Shown: positions 1 through 9,355, counted from the stretch's first letter. The stretch: 32,000 nt of DNA from Candidatus Kuenenia stuttgartensis (GCF_900232105.1 NZ_LT934425.1:1470001-1502000); one strand, 5' to 3'. Made by a program: numbers and translations. Notes: generated from the letters alone by a model not told the origin.

Positions 1-175
1 GAGCGACCTGTCTCTTGTAAATCCATATTAAACAGGTCTGCCTGAATACGGACAGGTCGCTCCTACGGAGCTATTTACCTTATTGAATTTTATTGCGCTA
101 CAAACAGACTGCCCCTGACGGGGCTACATGGTATTTTTTCTATAACGGGAATTTTTCAAAAAACTAAAGTGTTAC
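1..175 (+). mobile_element. Partial copy (right ~175 bp, cut by window edge) of a ~298-bp foldback MITE-like element, family A
   Basis: Near-identical to 3523-3697 and 7143-7316. Ends in terminal repeat TTTTTCAAAAAACTAAAGTGTTAC. Internal hairpin GAGCGACCTGTC...GACAGGTCGCTC. Confidence 0.7.
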
Positions 176-209
176 AAAATATTGAAATTTATGAACGTAG
201 ATTTATATT

Positions 210-842
210 ATGCCTTGTAACACCTCCAAAATAACACAGATACTTGACGTCCGAAATCAAGACCTTTACTGGACATCTATTGAAATAGCTGCTAAAGCTT
301 TGAGGAACGGCGGGATAGTGGCTTTCCCAACGGAGACCGTATATGGCCTGGGCGTTCATAAGGATAATCCAGAAGCTATCGAACGGCTTTATGAGGCAAA
401 GAAGAGGCCTGCAGAAAAGAGGCTGACCCTGATGATTGCCGATATCGGGGAAGTGGAACTATACGCGGGCGCTGTTTCTGATGTGGCAAAAAGGTTGATG
501 GAGTCTTTTTGGCCGGGTCCCTTAGCGATTATTTTTCCGCTGAAGGATGGCTCAGACATTTGCGTAAGATTGCCCGATAATGCCATCGCAAGAGACTTAA
601 TCCGCACCGCAAATATTCCGGTAGCAACTACCAGCGCAAACACTTCAGGGCATCCGCCGTCAACGGATGCATCACAAGTAACGGCATATTTTAAGGATGA
701 AATCGACTTCATACTGGATGGCGGACCAACACCATCACACGAGCCTTCAACGGTTGTCAAAATAAAAGATGGAGTATGTGAGGTCGTTCGGCATGGCATT
801 ATTCCCGAAACAACTATTCGAAATTGTCTTAAAAAATATTGA
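210..842 (+). CDS. tsaC: L-threonylcarbamoyladenylate synthase, single-domain YrdC/TsaC type (t6A tRNA modification)
   Basis: 210-aa ORF with YrdC/Sua5 motifs VAFPTETVYGLG and ATTSANTSGHP. No Sua5 C-terminal domain. Confidence 0.85.
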   Translation: MPCNTSKITQILDVRNQDLYWTSIEIAAKALRNGGIVAFPTETVYGLGVHKDNPEAIERLYEAKKRPAEKRLTLMIADIGEVELYAGAVSDVAKRLMESFWPGPLAIIFPLKDGSDICVRLPDNAIARDLIRTANIPVATTSANTSGHPPSTDASQVTAYFKDEIDFILDGGPTPSHEPSTVVKIKDGVCEVVRHGIIPETTIRNCLKKY

Positions 843-894
843 GAATCGGGATAATTTTTTTGTACATTTTTTTATGGAAGATTGTGAAACGACA

Positions 895-1347
895 ATGAAG
901 ATTGCAATAGCATCAGATCACAGAGGGTATGATTTTAAAGAACGTATTAAGGTAACATTGAAGGAATTAGGCCATTCCGTAACGGATTTTGGCACTTCAT
1001 CAAAATCGGAGTCCGTGGATTACCCCGATTTTGGAATGAAGGCGGCGCTTTCGGTGGGACACGGGGAATGCGACAGGGGTATTTTAATCTGCGGCACCGG
1101 AATAGGTATGTCGCTTGTAGCAAACAAGGTAAGGGGCGTCAGGGCGACTTTATGCCACAATCTTTATACGGTAGAAATGAGCAGACGGCATAATGATGCC
1201 AATGTACTGTGCATCGGTGCGGATATTATCGACGAAGAACTTTTGGAACAAAAAGTAAAACTATGGTTAGAAACGCCTTTTGAAGGGGGAAGACACGCCC
1301 GCCGTTTGGAGAAAATAGTGGAACTGGAAAATGGAGGCGGAATTTAA
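895..1347 (+). CDS. rpiB: Ribose-5-phosphate isomerase B (RpiB/LacA/LacB family)
   Basis: MKIAIASDHRGYDFKE..., ICGTGIGMSLVANK and HNDANVLCIGA are typical RpiB motifs. I chose ATG at 895; the track start at 769 adds a non-homologous extension overlapping tsaC. Confidence 0.88.
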   Translation: MKIAIASDHRGYDFKERIKVTLKELGHSVTDFGTSSKSESVDYPDFGMKAALSVGHGECDRGILICGTGIGMSLVANKVRGVRATLCHNLYTVEMSRRHNDANVLCIGADIIDEELLEQKVKLWLETPFEGGRHARRLEKIVELENGGGI

Positions 1348-2189
1348 TTCCCCATATGGACTACCTCCACGCCATTTGGGATTGTAAAGGTGAATATTTT
1401 TGAGTCAAGCTGGCTGTTTACAATGATATCAGAAAGCGTGATGCCCATTGCGGTATTGTATGTGGGCCAACGGACGTCAATTCTTTGCGGCAGCCGGCAA
1501 CTATCGAAATCAGAATAATCGGTAAATACTGCCTGCAGCCGGACAGAACCGTCCGGATTAAATGTTTCACATCGAAATGTATCCGTGTTACTCCTGTTAA
1601 TCAACAATTTCCCTTTAAGATTTATTTTGCCTTCATTCGTATCTATCGCGTAAATGATCCAATAATAAGGCCAGATTTCCAATACCGTACTCTCGCCGCC
1701 CAGAATATTTTTAAGATTAAATAACCCTGCCATATCATTCGGTGAAATGCCCATTCCTGATGAATTCACTTTATGCAAGGCGTTGCTGGAACCTGTGTAA
1801 ACCTTTTTTTCCGAGGGGACATAAATCCAAAAGGTATTGCCGTCGGTAGACATATCAAATAGGGTAGTCGCCAGTTTTGAGCCAATGACACGCAGATGAT
1901 TTGGCGTTTCATACACTATCAGGCCGGTGCATGTAACAGGCCCTTTTGATTCAGGCGCGGTTAAGGTTATTTTTGCCTTTGCCCGAAGCGTAGTAAGTTT
2001 AGAGTTGTTGTCAATTAACACCTCTTTTATTTGTTGTACCGAAAGGTTTTGCGCTTCCCCCCCCGTGCTATTCAGTATGGCAGAAGTATCTTCCCAAATC
2101 GATCTTTGCATAATCGCTGATTTGCTGCCTGCGCAACCGGACAGTAGGATGACAAAAAGAAATACACTTTTAATTATAGATAACTTCAT
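1344..2189 (-). CDS. Putative lipoprotein, function unknown (possibly LolA/LolB-like fold)
   Basis: Internal Met gives MKLSIIKSVFLFVILLSGCAGSK, a signal peptide with lipobox LSGC. The track start at 2234 lies inside an intergenic repeat. The fold guess is weak. Confidence 0.7.
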   Translation of the reverse strand: MKLSIIKSVFLFVILLSGCAGSKSAIMQRSIWEDTSAILNSTGGEAQNLSVQQIKEVLIDNNSKLTTLRAKAKITLTAPESKGPVTCTGLIVYETPNHLRVIGSKLATTLFDMSTDGNTFWIYVPSEKKVYTGSSNALHKVNSSGMGISPNDMAGLFNLKNILGGESTVLEIWPYYWIIYAIDTNEGKINLKGKLLINRSNTDTFRCETFNPDGSVRLQAVFTDYSDFDSCRLPQRIDVRWPTYNTAMGITLSDIIVNSQLDSKIFTFTIPNGVEVVHMGN

Positions 2190-2197
2190 TGCAGATT

Positions 2198-2333
2198 TTA
2201 GTACCTTATCAGTAATTTCTTTGCACACTTCCATTCGTCAGTGCGTGCTTATTGGTAAAATATTTACTTGTTCCTTCTGCAGCCGACAGTCTGCAAATTG
2301 CCGATTGAGGACTGAGGACTGCAGACTGTTTTC
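2198..2333 (+). repeat. Intergenic repeat family C: TTAGTACCTTATCAGTAATTTCTTTGCA...AAATATTT module followed by GCCGAC / GCAAATTGC / GAGGACTGAGGACTG tail
   Basis: Related copies at 10986-11111 (+), 20459-20523 (+), 12345-12414 (-) and 21870-21945 (-). Confidence 0.75.
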
Positions 2334-2339
2334 CTGCTG

Positions 2340-3173
2340 CTATAAAAGCCATTCTCCCGTAAAAACTTCAGCAGCAGCGCCTGTCATATAAACATTTTCA
2401 TCTTCCACCCATTCCAGTTCCAGATCCCCGCCTGGCAAGTGTGCCAAAAGTTTACGTTCTGTCAGGTTGTTAAGAACGCCGGCAACGCAAACAGCAGAAG
2501 CGCCTGTTCCGCACGCCAGGGTTATGCCCGATCCACGCTCCCAGGTGACCATTGTAACCTCTCCCGGATGGTGAACCTTTACAAAATGGACATTTGTCCT
2601 TTCGGGAAAGACGCGATGGTGTTCAATTGCCTTTCCATCTTTTTCTATATGGAGTTGCTTTAAATCATCAACGAAGATTACGCAATGAGGATTTCCCATG
2701 GAAACGCAGGTAACCCGAAATGAAGTATTTTCATTAAGCACGAGCATTTCGTCTACTACTTGCGTTTCAGCGCCAACCATTGGTATTTCCGGTCTCATCA
2801 GCTTCGGCCTTCCCATATTTACCCTTGCGCTACAGACCCTTTCATTTTTCGTATACAGCTCAATGGTTTTAATGCCTGCCAACGTTTCTACTGTAAGCGG
2901 GTTCTTTCTGACCAGTGCATGATCGTAAACGTACTTTGCAACACAACGGATTCCATTTCCGCACATTTGCGCTTCACTGCCATCCGCATTAAAGATACGC
3001 ATTTTACAATCTGCTATCTCTGACGGCAATATAAGTATTAACCCATCGGACCCCACTCCAAAGTGCCGGTCGCTTATTTTTTTTGACAGCCCGACGGGGT
3101 CCTCAACTACTTCATGAAAACAATTAACATAAACATAATCGTTGCCTATTCCATGCATTTTTGTGAATTTCAT
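2340..3173 (-). CDS. dapF: Diaminopimelate epimerase
   Basis: 277 aa. MKFTKMHGIGNDYVYV N-terminus and both catalytic Cys motifs (MCGNGIRC, ACGTGASA). Confidence 0.92.
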   Translation of the reverse strand: MKFTKMHGIGNDYVYVNCFHEVVEDPVGLSKKISDRHFGVGSDGLILILPSEIADCKMRIFNADGSEAQMCGNGIRCVAKYVYDHALVRKNPLTVETLAGIKTIELYTKNERVCSARVNMGRPKLMRPEIPMVGAETQVVDEMLVLNENTSFRVTCVSMGNPHCVIFVDDLKQLHIEKDGKAIEHHRVFPERTNVHFVKVHHPGEVTMVTWERGSGITLACGTGASAVCVAGVLNNLTERKLLAHLPGGDLELEWVEDENVYMTGAAAEVFTGEWLL

Positions 3174-3298
3174 GATAACCCTTAAACAATTTTATTTTAA
3201 AGAGAATAAACGTTCGTACAATACAAACATTTTTTGTAATAGTTCCGTCCCCTTTCCATAAGGGACTTGAAGGGGATTGGGATTTTCTATTATACCGT

Positions 3299-3351
3299 GG
3301 CAGTCGGCAGTCGGCAGTCGGCAAATTGCAGATTGAGAACTGAGGACTGAG
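3299..3351 (+). repeat. Tail module of repeat family C: (GGCAGTC)n-GGCAAATTGCAGATTGAGAACTGAGGACTGAG
   Basis: Same orientation and sequence type as 2281-2333 and 11043-11090. Confidence 0.7.
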
Positions 3352-3399
3352 TATGGTATTCATATTATATAGTATTACCATGTAAAAACTTCTTTTTTT

Positions 3400-3697
3400 G
3401 TAACATTTTAGTCTTTTGAAAAACGTATTACCTATAAGCTCCGTAGAAACAGCCTGTTTGTAGCAAAATAGGATATTATAACAGACCGTAGAGACAGGTT
3501 TGAAACCTGTCTCTACAATTAGTAGCGACCTGTCTCTTGTAAATCCATATTAAACAGGTCTGCCTGAATACGGACAGGCCGCTACTACGAAGCTATTTAC
3601 ACTATTGAATTCTATTGCGCTACAAACAGACCGCCCCTAACGGGGCTACATGGTATTTTTTCCATCCCATAAATTTTTCAAAAAACTAAAATGTTAC
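3400..3697 (+). mobile_element. Complete ~298-bp foldback MITE-like element, family A
   Basis: Terminal inverted repeats GTAACATTTTAGTCTTTTGAAAAA / TTTTTCAAAAAACTAAAATGTTAC. Internal hairpins GTAGAGACAGGTTTGAAACCTGTCTCTAC and AGCGACCTGTC...GACAGGCCGCT. No ORF. Near-identical copy at 7020-7316. Confidence 0.8.
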
Positions 3698-4019
3698 CTT
3701 TTTTTGTAAGTTTTCCTTCGTACTACTATCCCCCAATCTTTTGTTTTTTATGCTCGTTTTTCAAAATGCATAACCGTAAGGCATTGATTAGATGAGGCTT
3801 ACGTAAAGTTTAGGAGTTCAGGAGTTAACTCTTTAACTCTACGACTCTCTTTGTGGTTAAAGGACAGACGTACGGCCGTGCGTCTATACATCAATATATT
3901 TATATTGACATCTCCTGCTTACCTGCTTACGATTCACCCAATTACCCAACTATGGATTTTTAAAATGTCTTTATCTAACAATGCAAGCAAAATAATTCAT
4001 TTCAGAAGCCCAATAGATC

Positions 4020-6995
4020 ATGGTGAGAAAAAAAACTGAAGCTGAAAAAAAGAAGCCAGCGCAGACTGGGAAAAAAGAGGCACTCGCCAAGGAATCAAAA
4101 GTCCAAGCCAAAAAAGCTGTTACACCTACCGTAGCAAAAACGGCTATGCCAAAAACAAAAACGATAGCACCGGCAAGGGATGAAAAGGTTATAAAAGAAC
4201 AAACTATGACATTCCCCATTGTCGGAATCGGCGCTTCTGCCGGCGGGCTTGAGGCGCTCGAAGGTTTCTTTTCCAACATGCCTGACAATAGCAACCTTGC
4301 CGTAGTGGTTATCCAGCATCTGGCGCCTAAATACAAGAGCATTATGGCAACACTGCTAAATAAATATACCACAATGAAGATACTGGAAATCAACGATGGA
4401 ATGCGGGCGTTACCAAACTGCGTTTATCTTAATACTCCGGGGATGGACGTTGCTATTATGAACCGGACCTTTCAATTGATACAACCTCTTGAACCACATG
4501 CCTACAGACTGCCTATTGATTTCTTTTTTCGTTCCCTTGCAGATGATCTGGGAGAAAAGGCCATCTGCATCGTGCTTTCAGGAACGGGCACCGACGGCAC
4601 CCTGGGGCTTAAAGCAATCAAGGGCGCAGGGGGAATGACCATGGCGCAGGACGAAACCGAGGCAAAATATGACAGCATGCCCAGAAGCGCGATAAACACC
4701 GGTGCGGTTGATCTTGTCCTGCCAGTGGAAAGAATGCCGGGAGAACTGCTAAAATATATTAAACACCCCTATATTGATAGCGTCAGGTCAACGGGCGCCA
4801 CGGAAGAAAAATATCAAAACAATGTAACAAAAATACTCCTGCAGATTCGCAACCATACAGGACAGGATTTCTCCCAGTATAAACAAAATACGATTCGGAG
4901 AAGGATTGAAAGACGCATGGCCGTTCATCAGATAGATAAAATTGCAGATTATCTCAGTTATATCCGGGAAAATACGGCTGAAATAGGAATTCTTTACAAA
5001 GACCTGCTCATAGGGGTTACCAATTTCTTCAGAGACAAGGACGCCTTTGATCTCCTGAAAAATACGGTAATCTCCGAGATCATACAGAGAAAACAGACAA
5101 ACAGTGCTTTACGCGTCTGGGTGGCTGGCTGCGCCACAGGCGAAGAGGCATATTCCATTGCCATACTCATCGCGGAAATTATGGAAAAGAAACAGCGGCA
5201 GTGTAACGTACAGATATTTGCAACCGATATAGACTCGACGGCCATCGAATTCGCGCGCGCGGGTATCTACCCTGACAGTATTGCCGCGGACGTCTCCAAA
5301 GAACGGCTGAAACAGTTCTTTATAAAAGAAGACAACTCCTACAAGCTAAAAAAACGGATACGCGAAATGCTGGTTTTTGCCGCTCAAAGTCTGATAAAGG
5401 ATCCTCCTTTTTCCAGGCTAGACCTTGTATCATGCAGAAACGTGCTGATTTATATGGACGCCTCGCTGCAAAAAAAGATACTGTCGGTTTTTCACTATAC
5501 CCTGAATAAGGATGGGTACCTTTTCCTCGGGTCATCTGAAACCATTGGTAATTTTACCGATCTTTTTTCAACTGAAAATGCGAAATGGAAAATCTATAAA
5601 CGTAAAAGCGGCGTTATCGAAAAGGGCGTGGATCTTCCTGCCTTGCCAACGAAGGGAGTCTTTCAATCAGACCGGAAAGAAGAAAAAAAGGATTACGGAG
5701 AAATCAATATTATTCAACTTGCGGAAAGAGAGATTCTTAACAAATATGCCCCGTCGTTTGCACTGATCAATGAAAAACATGAGATTCTTTATGTTAACGG
5801 CAATATACACAAATACTTGCTAACGCCACCCGGTGTCCCCACCTTCAATATATTAAAAATGGCGCACGAAGACCTGCGTTATAAACTGAGCGCCATTCTC
5901 CATAAAATTTCCAGAAGGAAAGAAACTATCATAGAAAAAGAGGTGAAGATACGAGACAATGAACATTTCCTGACGATTGACCTGACCGTCAAGCCACTTA
6001 AAACCGGAATAGCAACTGAAGGGCTGACGATGATCATCTTTGATGAAAAATTACCGGCTGAAAAAGCGCGGAAAAAAGGAAAGGCCTCCTTAAAAATCAG
6101 CAAAGAAGACCCACAGATTACAAAACTCGAATTAGAATTGAAATCGACAAAGGAATATTTACAGGCAACCATCGAGGAACTGGAAACTTCGAATGAGGAG
6201 ATGAAATCTACCAATGAAGAATTGCAGTCCACAAACGAGGAACTGCAGAATAAGTTAAATGAATTATCACGTTCCAATAACGACCTCAACAACCTCCTTG
6301 CAAGCACTGAGATAGCAACCATATTTCTTGACACGAAACTGAATATTGTCCGTTTTACCCCGATGCTGACAAAACTCTTTAATATGCTGCTGTCGGATAT
6401 TGGCCGTTCGATAGGCGACATCACCGCAAAATTCAATACGGACACCCTCAGGGATGACTCGGCAGAAGTGCTTAGAACGCTGGTCAAAAAAGAATGCCAG
6501 ATACAGACAAAGGAGCAGGCGTTTTATAACATGCGTATCTTGCCCTATCGCACAGTAGATAATGTAATAGATGGCGTAGTTATCACATTTATTGACGTTA
6601 CAAAAATTAAAAATACAGAAGATGCTTTACGCCTGATAGAGAGTAGGTTCGACATGTTGAATCAGTCTTCGCTATTCGGCATTGTGCTCTTTAATCCGGA
6701 AAGCGGCGTTATCGTGGATTATAATAAAAAATTTGAGGAACAAACCGGCAGAAGCCTTAAGGAGCAGCATACGTACAAAATATGGGATTGTTTTTCACCG
6801 GAAAAGACAAAGAACCCGGCAGAATTCTTTCAAGGGTTGTCAAAGAAAAATGAAACGGTTTCTATGGAAATGAATATTCGAAGACCTGATGGAGTTATTG
6901 TTCCCGTGTGCTTAATGAGTACTGTTATAAAAACCTCGAAAAATATATATGTTCAATGCGTTGTAAAAGACCTGACTGACCCGTTGCGAACGTAG
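4020..6995 (+). CDS. CheB methylesterase / CheR methyltransferase fusion protein with coiled coil and C-terminal PAS domains
   Basis: 991 aa. Lys-rich N-terminus, then CheB-type FPIVGIGASAGGLEAL, then CheR SAM-binding RVWVAGCATGEEAYSIA. Coiled coil ELETSNEEMKSTNEELQSTNEELQ, then PAS-like segments. Confidence 0.85.
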   Translation: MVRKKTEAEKKKPAQTGKKEALAKESKVQAKKAVTPTVAKTAMPKTKTIAPARDEKVIKEQTMTFPIVGIGASAGGLEALEGFFSNMPDNSNLAVVVIQHLAPKYKSIMATLLNKYTTMKILEINDGMRALPNCVYLNTPGMDVAIMNRTFQLIQPLEPHAYRLPIDFFFRSLADDLGEKAICIVLSGTGTDGTLGLKAIKGAGGMTMAQDETEAKYDSMPRSAINTGAVDLVLPVERMPGELLKYIKHPYIDSVRSTGATEEKYQNNVTKILLQIRNHTGQDFSQYKQNTIRRRIERRMAVHQIDKIADYLSYIRENTAEIGILYKDLLIGVTNFFRDKDAFDLLKNTVISEIIQRKQTNSALRVWVAGCATGEEAYSIAILIAEIMEKKQRQCNVQIFATDIDSTAIEFARAGIYPDSIAADVSKERLKQFFIKEDNSYKLKKRIREMLVFAAQSLIKDPPFSRLDLVSCRNVLIYMDASLQKKILSVFHYTLNKDGYLFLGSSETIGNFTDLFSTENAKWKIYKRKSGVIEKGVDLPALPTKGVFQSDRKEEKKDYGEINIIQLAEREILNKYAPSFALINEKHEILYVNGNIHKYLLTPPGVPTFNILKMAHEDLRYKLSAILHKISRRKETIIEKEVKIRDNEHFLTIDLTVKPLKTGIATEGLTMIIFDEKLPAEKARKKGKASLKISKEDPQITKLELELKSTKEYLQATIEELETSNEEMKSTNEELQSTNEELQNKLNELSRSNNDLNNLLASTEIATIFLDTKLNIVRFTPMLTKLFNMLLSDIGRSIGDITAKFNTDTLRDDSAEVLRTLVKKECQIQTKEQAFYNMRILPYRTVDNVIDGVVITFIDVTKIKNTEDALRLIESRFDMLNQSSLFGIVLFNPESGVIVDYNKKFEEQTGRSLKEQHTYKIWDCFSPEKTKNPAEFFQGLSKKNETVSMEMNIRRPDGVIVPVCLMSTVIKTSKNIYVQCVVKDLTDPLRT

Positions 6996-7019
6996 CACAT
7001 ATAGCCAAACAAATAGTAA

Positions 7020-7316
7020 GTAACACTTTAGTTTTTTGAAAAATGTACTACCTATAAGCTCCGTAGGAGCAGCCTGTTTGTAGCAAAATAGGATATTATA
7101 ACAGATCGTAGAGACAGGTTTGAAACCTGTCTCTGCAATTAGGAGCGACCTGTCTCTTGTAAATCCATATAAACAGGTCTACCTGAATACGAACAGGTCG
7201 CTCCTACGGAGCTATTTACCTTATTGAATTTTATTGCGCTACAAACAGACCGCCCCTAACAGGGCTACATGGTATTTTTTCTATCCCGGGAATTTTTCAA
7301 AAGACTAAAGTGTTAC
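7020..7316 (+). mobile_element. Complete ~297-bp foldback MITE-like element, family A
   Basis: TIRs GTAACACTTTAGTTTTTTGAAAAA / TTTTTCAAAAGACTAAAGTGTTAC. Collinear with 3400-3697 and 1-175. Confidence 0.8.
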
Positions 7317-7320
7317 TATA

Positions 7321-7395
7321 GTAACACTTTAGTCTTTTGATACTGTAAATTATCATTTGTAGTGCGACGAACCTCGTCGCACTACATGAATTTAG
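7321..7395 (+). repeat. Repeat family D: GTAACACTTTAGTCTTTTGA terminus plus GTAGTGCGACGAACCTCGTCGCACTAC hairpin
   Basis: Starts 4 nt after the family A element. The reverse complement matches 20916-21054. Confidence 0.7.
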
Positions 7396-7606
7396 TTGGC
7401 TTAGATATTCAAATGAGGAACGAACAGCAACGGGAGCATTCCCGCTTTATTGCAAAAAGCAATTATTAGGGGGGGTAATAGTAACATAGAGACAGGATTT
7501 CAAACTTGTCTCTACCGTTGAAAATGAAGGTATTAACCCTGTCAGGGTTAATACTCTGCCGGTTTATAACCATTTTATTTTTTGTCGTACCAACATTTCA
7601 TAAAGG

Positions 7607-9355
7607 ATGGCAAAAATGGGAAAAAAGCCTCCCGAAAATAAAACAGACGCCGAACTCCGCAGAAAAGCATTAGAAAAGCTCAACCCCTATACAATACCAG
7701 TCGAGAACCTTTCGGAAGCGGAAGTCCGTAAACTTGCCCATGAATTACAGATTCATCAGATCGAGCTTGAAATGCAGGCGGAAGAACTTCGCAAATCCCA
7801 AACCCTGCTTGAAGAATCCAGGCAAAAGTATTTAAACCTTTACGACCTTGCCCCTGTAGGATATTTTACCCTTGATGAAAAAGGCTTCATCCATGAGGTA
7901 AACTTTGCAGGTGCTTTTATGTTGGGGGCGGAGCGGCATTCGCTGATAAACAAACCCCTGTCTAAATACATCGTAAGAGAGGATGCCGATCTCTTTTACC
8001 TGCATCGTAAAAGGGTGTCTGAAACGGGAAACAAAGAAACCTGTGAACTGAGGATGCTTAAAGGAGATCAACCGTTTCATGCGCAGCTTGAAAGCCGTGC
8101 TATTCCGGATTCCAAAAATAACATTAACCAGTATCTTATCATCATAACCGACATTTCAGCACGTATAGAGGCACAGATAAAACTGAAGGAAATAAATGAG
8201 ACGCTTGAGTATCAAATAAAAGTACGTACAAAAGAACTCCTGCAGTCAAAGAAATTAGAATCAATGGGCATTATGACAACAGGCGTCGCGCACGGGTTTA
8301 ACAATATCCTTGCAATCATAGACGGAAAGATACAGATGTTGATGCGGGAAAATAAAGGCAGAGAGAAGTTACTGGAAGAGTTGCGTTTGATACGCAGCTC
8401 TGTCAAGGATGGCGCTGAAATTGTTCGCCGTATGAATAAATTTACCAAAGTAAAGGAAGATCGTGACTGGTTTGTAGCAATTGACTTATGTGAAGAGATA
8501 AAAAGCACGATTGATTCTACACATCCGGGATGGAAGGAGTGTGCAGAGAGAGAAGGAATCGCCTATACCATAAATTTGGATGGTGTTAAACACGTTTCAT
8601 GCATAATGGGCAATCCTTTGGAATTGCGGGAAGTATTGATTAATATCATCAAGAATGCCTTTGACGCCATGCCGGGGGGAGGAACGCTTTCATTTTCTAC
8701 AAGGGAAGAAAACGGAAGCGTTGTTTTGGAGATTTCAGATACAGGCATTGGCATGGACGAAGAAACGCAGACAAAAATCTTTGACCCCTTTTTTACCACC
8801 AAGGAACGTGGCACTGGATTGGGAATGAGTATTGTTTATGGGACTGTCAAACGGCATGGTGGCAAAATAGCGGCGCAAAGTCAAAAGGAAAGAGGCAGTA
8901 CCCTTATCCTAAGCTTTCCCGCAGCGAAGGAGTCGCCGGGTATTACAAAGAGTGATCATGAACCTGGCAAAGTGACGCCAGAGAAAAGGGGACTGAGAAA
9001 CGGCATCCTTATCGTAGATGATGAAGCAACTATTGGAAAAGTATTGAGCAGCTTCCTTACGGGAGAAGGCTATAACGTTGTTTTTATCGATAATGGCGCC
9101 GGGGCGTTGGATCTTCTAAAAAAGGATGAATTTGATCTCGTGCTGTGCGACCTGGGCATGCCTGATATATCAGGGTGGGATATTATGAATGTAATAGCTG
9201 ATATGGCTAAGAAACCAAAGATCGGCATAATAACAGGATTCCTGAACGCTTCGGATGACTTTCCGGGCAATAAGATAAAAGCGGATTTTGTTATCAACAA
9301 GCCATTCGAATTAGATAATCTGCTACACTCAATTAATGATTCATTAAGAGATTGA
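7607..9355 (+). CDS. PAS-domain hybrid sensor histidine kinase with C-terminal receiver domain
   Basis: 582 aa. Coiled coil HELQIHQIELEMQAEELRKS plus PAS. H-box TTGVAHGFNNIL, N-box NIIKNAFDAM, G1 DTGIGMD, G2 GTGLGMS. Receiver ILIVDDE...DLVLCDLGMPDISG...VINKPF. Confidence 0.88.
   Translation: MAKMGKKPPENKTDAELRRKALEKLNPYTIPVENLSEAEVRKLAHELQIHQIELEMQAEELRKSQTLLEESRQKYLNLYDLAPVGYFTLDEKGFIHEVNFAGAFMLGAERHSLINKPLSKYIVREDADLFYLHRKRVSETGNKETCELRMLKGDQPFHAQLESRAIPDSKNNINQYLIIITDISARIEAQIKLKEINETLEYQIKVRTKELLQSKKLESMGIMTTGVAHGFNNILAIIDGKIQMLMRENKGREKLLEELRLIRSSVKDGAEIVRRMNKFTKVKEDRDWFVAIDLCEEIKSTIDSTHPGWKECAEREGIAYTINLDGVKHVSCIMGNPLELREVLINIIKNAFDAMPGGGTLSFSTREENGSVVLEISDTGIGMDEETQTKIFDPFFTTKERGTGLGMSIVYGTVKRHGGKIAAQSQKERGSTLILSFPAAKESPGITKSDHEPGKVTPEKRGLRNGILIVDDEATIGKVLSSFLTGEGYNVVFIDNGAGALDLLKKDEFDLVLCDLGMPDISGWDIMNVIADMAKKPKIGIITGFLNASDDFPGNKIKADFVINKPFELDNLLHSINDSLRD

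Noticed and set aside
769-894. Upstream starts proposed by the ORF track: rpiB at 769, lipoprotein at 2234, mntA at 11097 (TTG) and hepT at 11419
   Set aside because: The extensions overlap the neighbouring gene or run into intergenic repeats and add non-homologous residues. Internal ATGs give canonical N-termini: MKIAIASDHRGY, signal peptide with lipobox, MINLLQL... and MNDEILK....
1927-2391. 154-aa plus-strand ORF, and similar long antisense ORFs (15513-15968, 17475-17921, 18983-19300, 19309-19689, 25032-25412, 30115-30477)
   Set aside because: Each is fully embedded antisense in a gene with strong family motifs (lipoprotein/dapF, rseP, dehydratase family, ftsH, recG, mntA). None has a recognisable domain.
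3971-4393. 140-aa minus-strand ORF that looks like a multi-TM protein
   Set aside because: It is antisense to the Lys-rich N-terminus of the CheB/CheR gene. AAA/AAG codons read as TTT/CTT give artificial hydrophobic stretches.
5879-6487. 202-aa minus-strand ORF, Ser/Phe-rich
   Set aside because: It lies entirely antisense to the coiled-coil/PAS part of the CheB/CheR fusion gene. Its low-complexity composition mirrors the E/K/L-rich sense strand. It has no motifs, so it is a shadow ORF.
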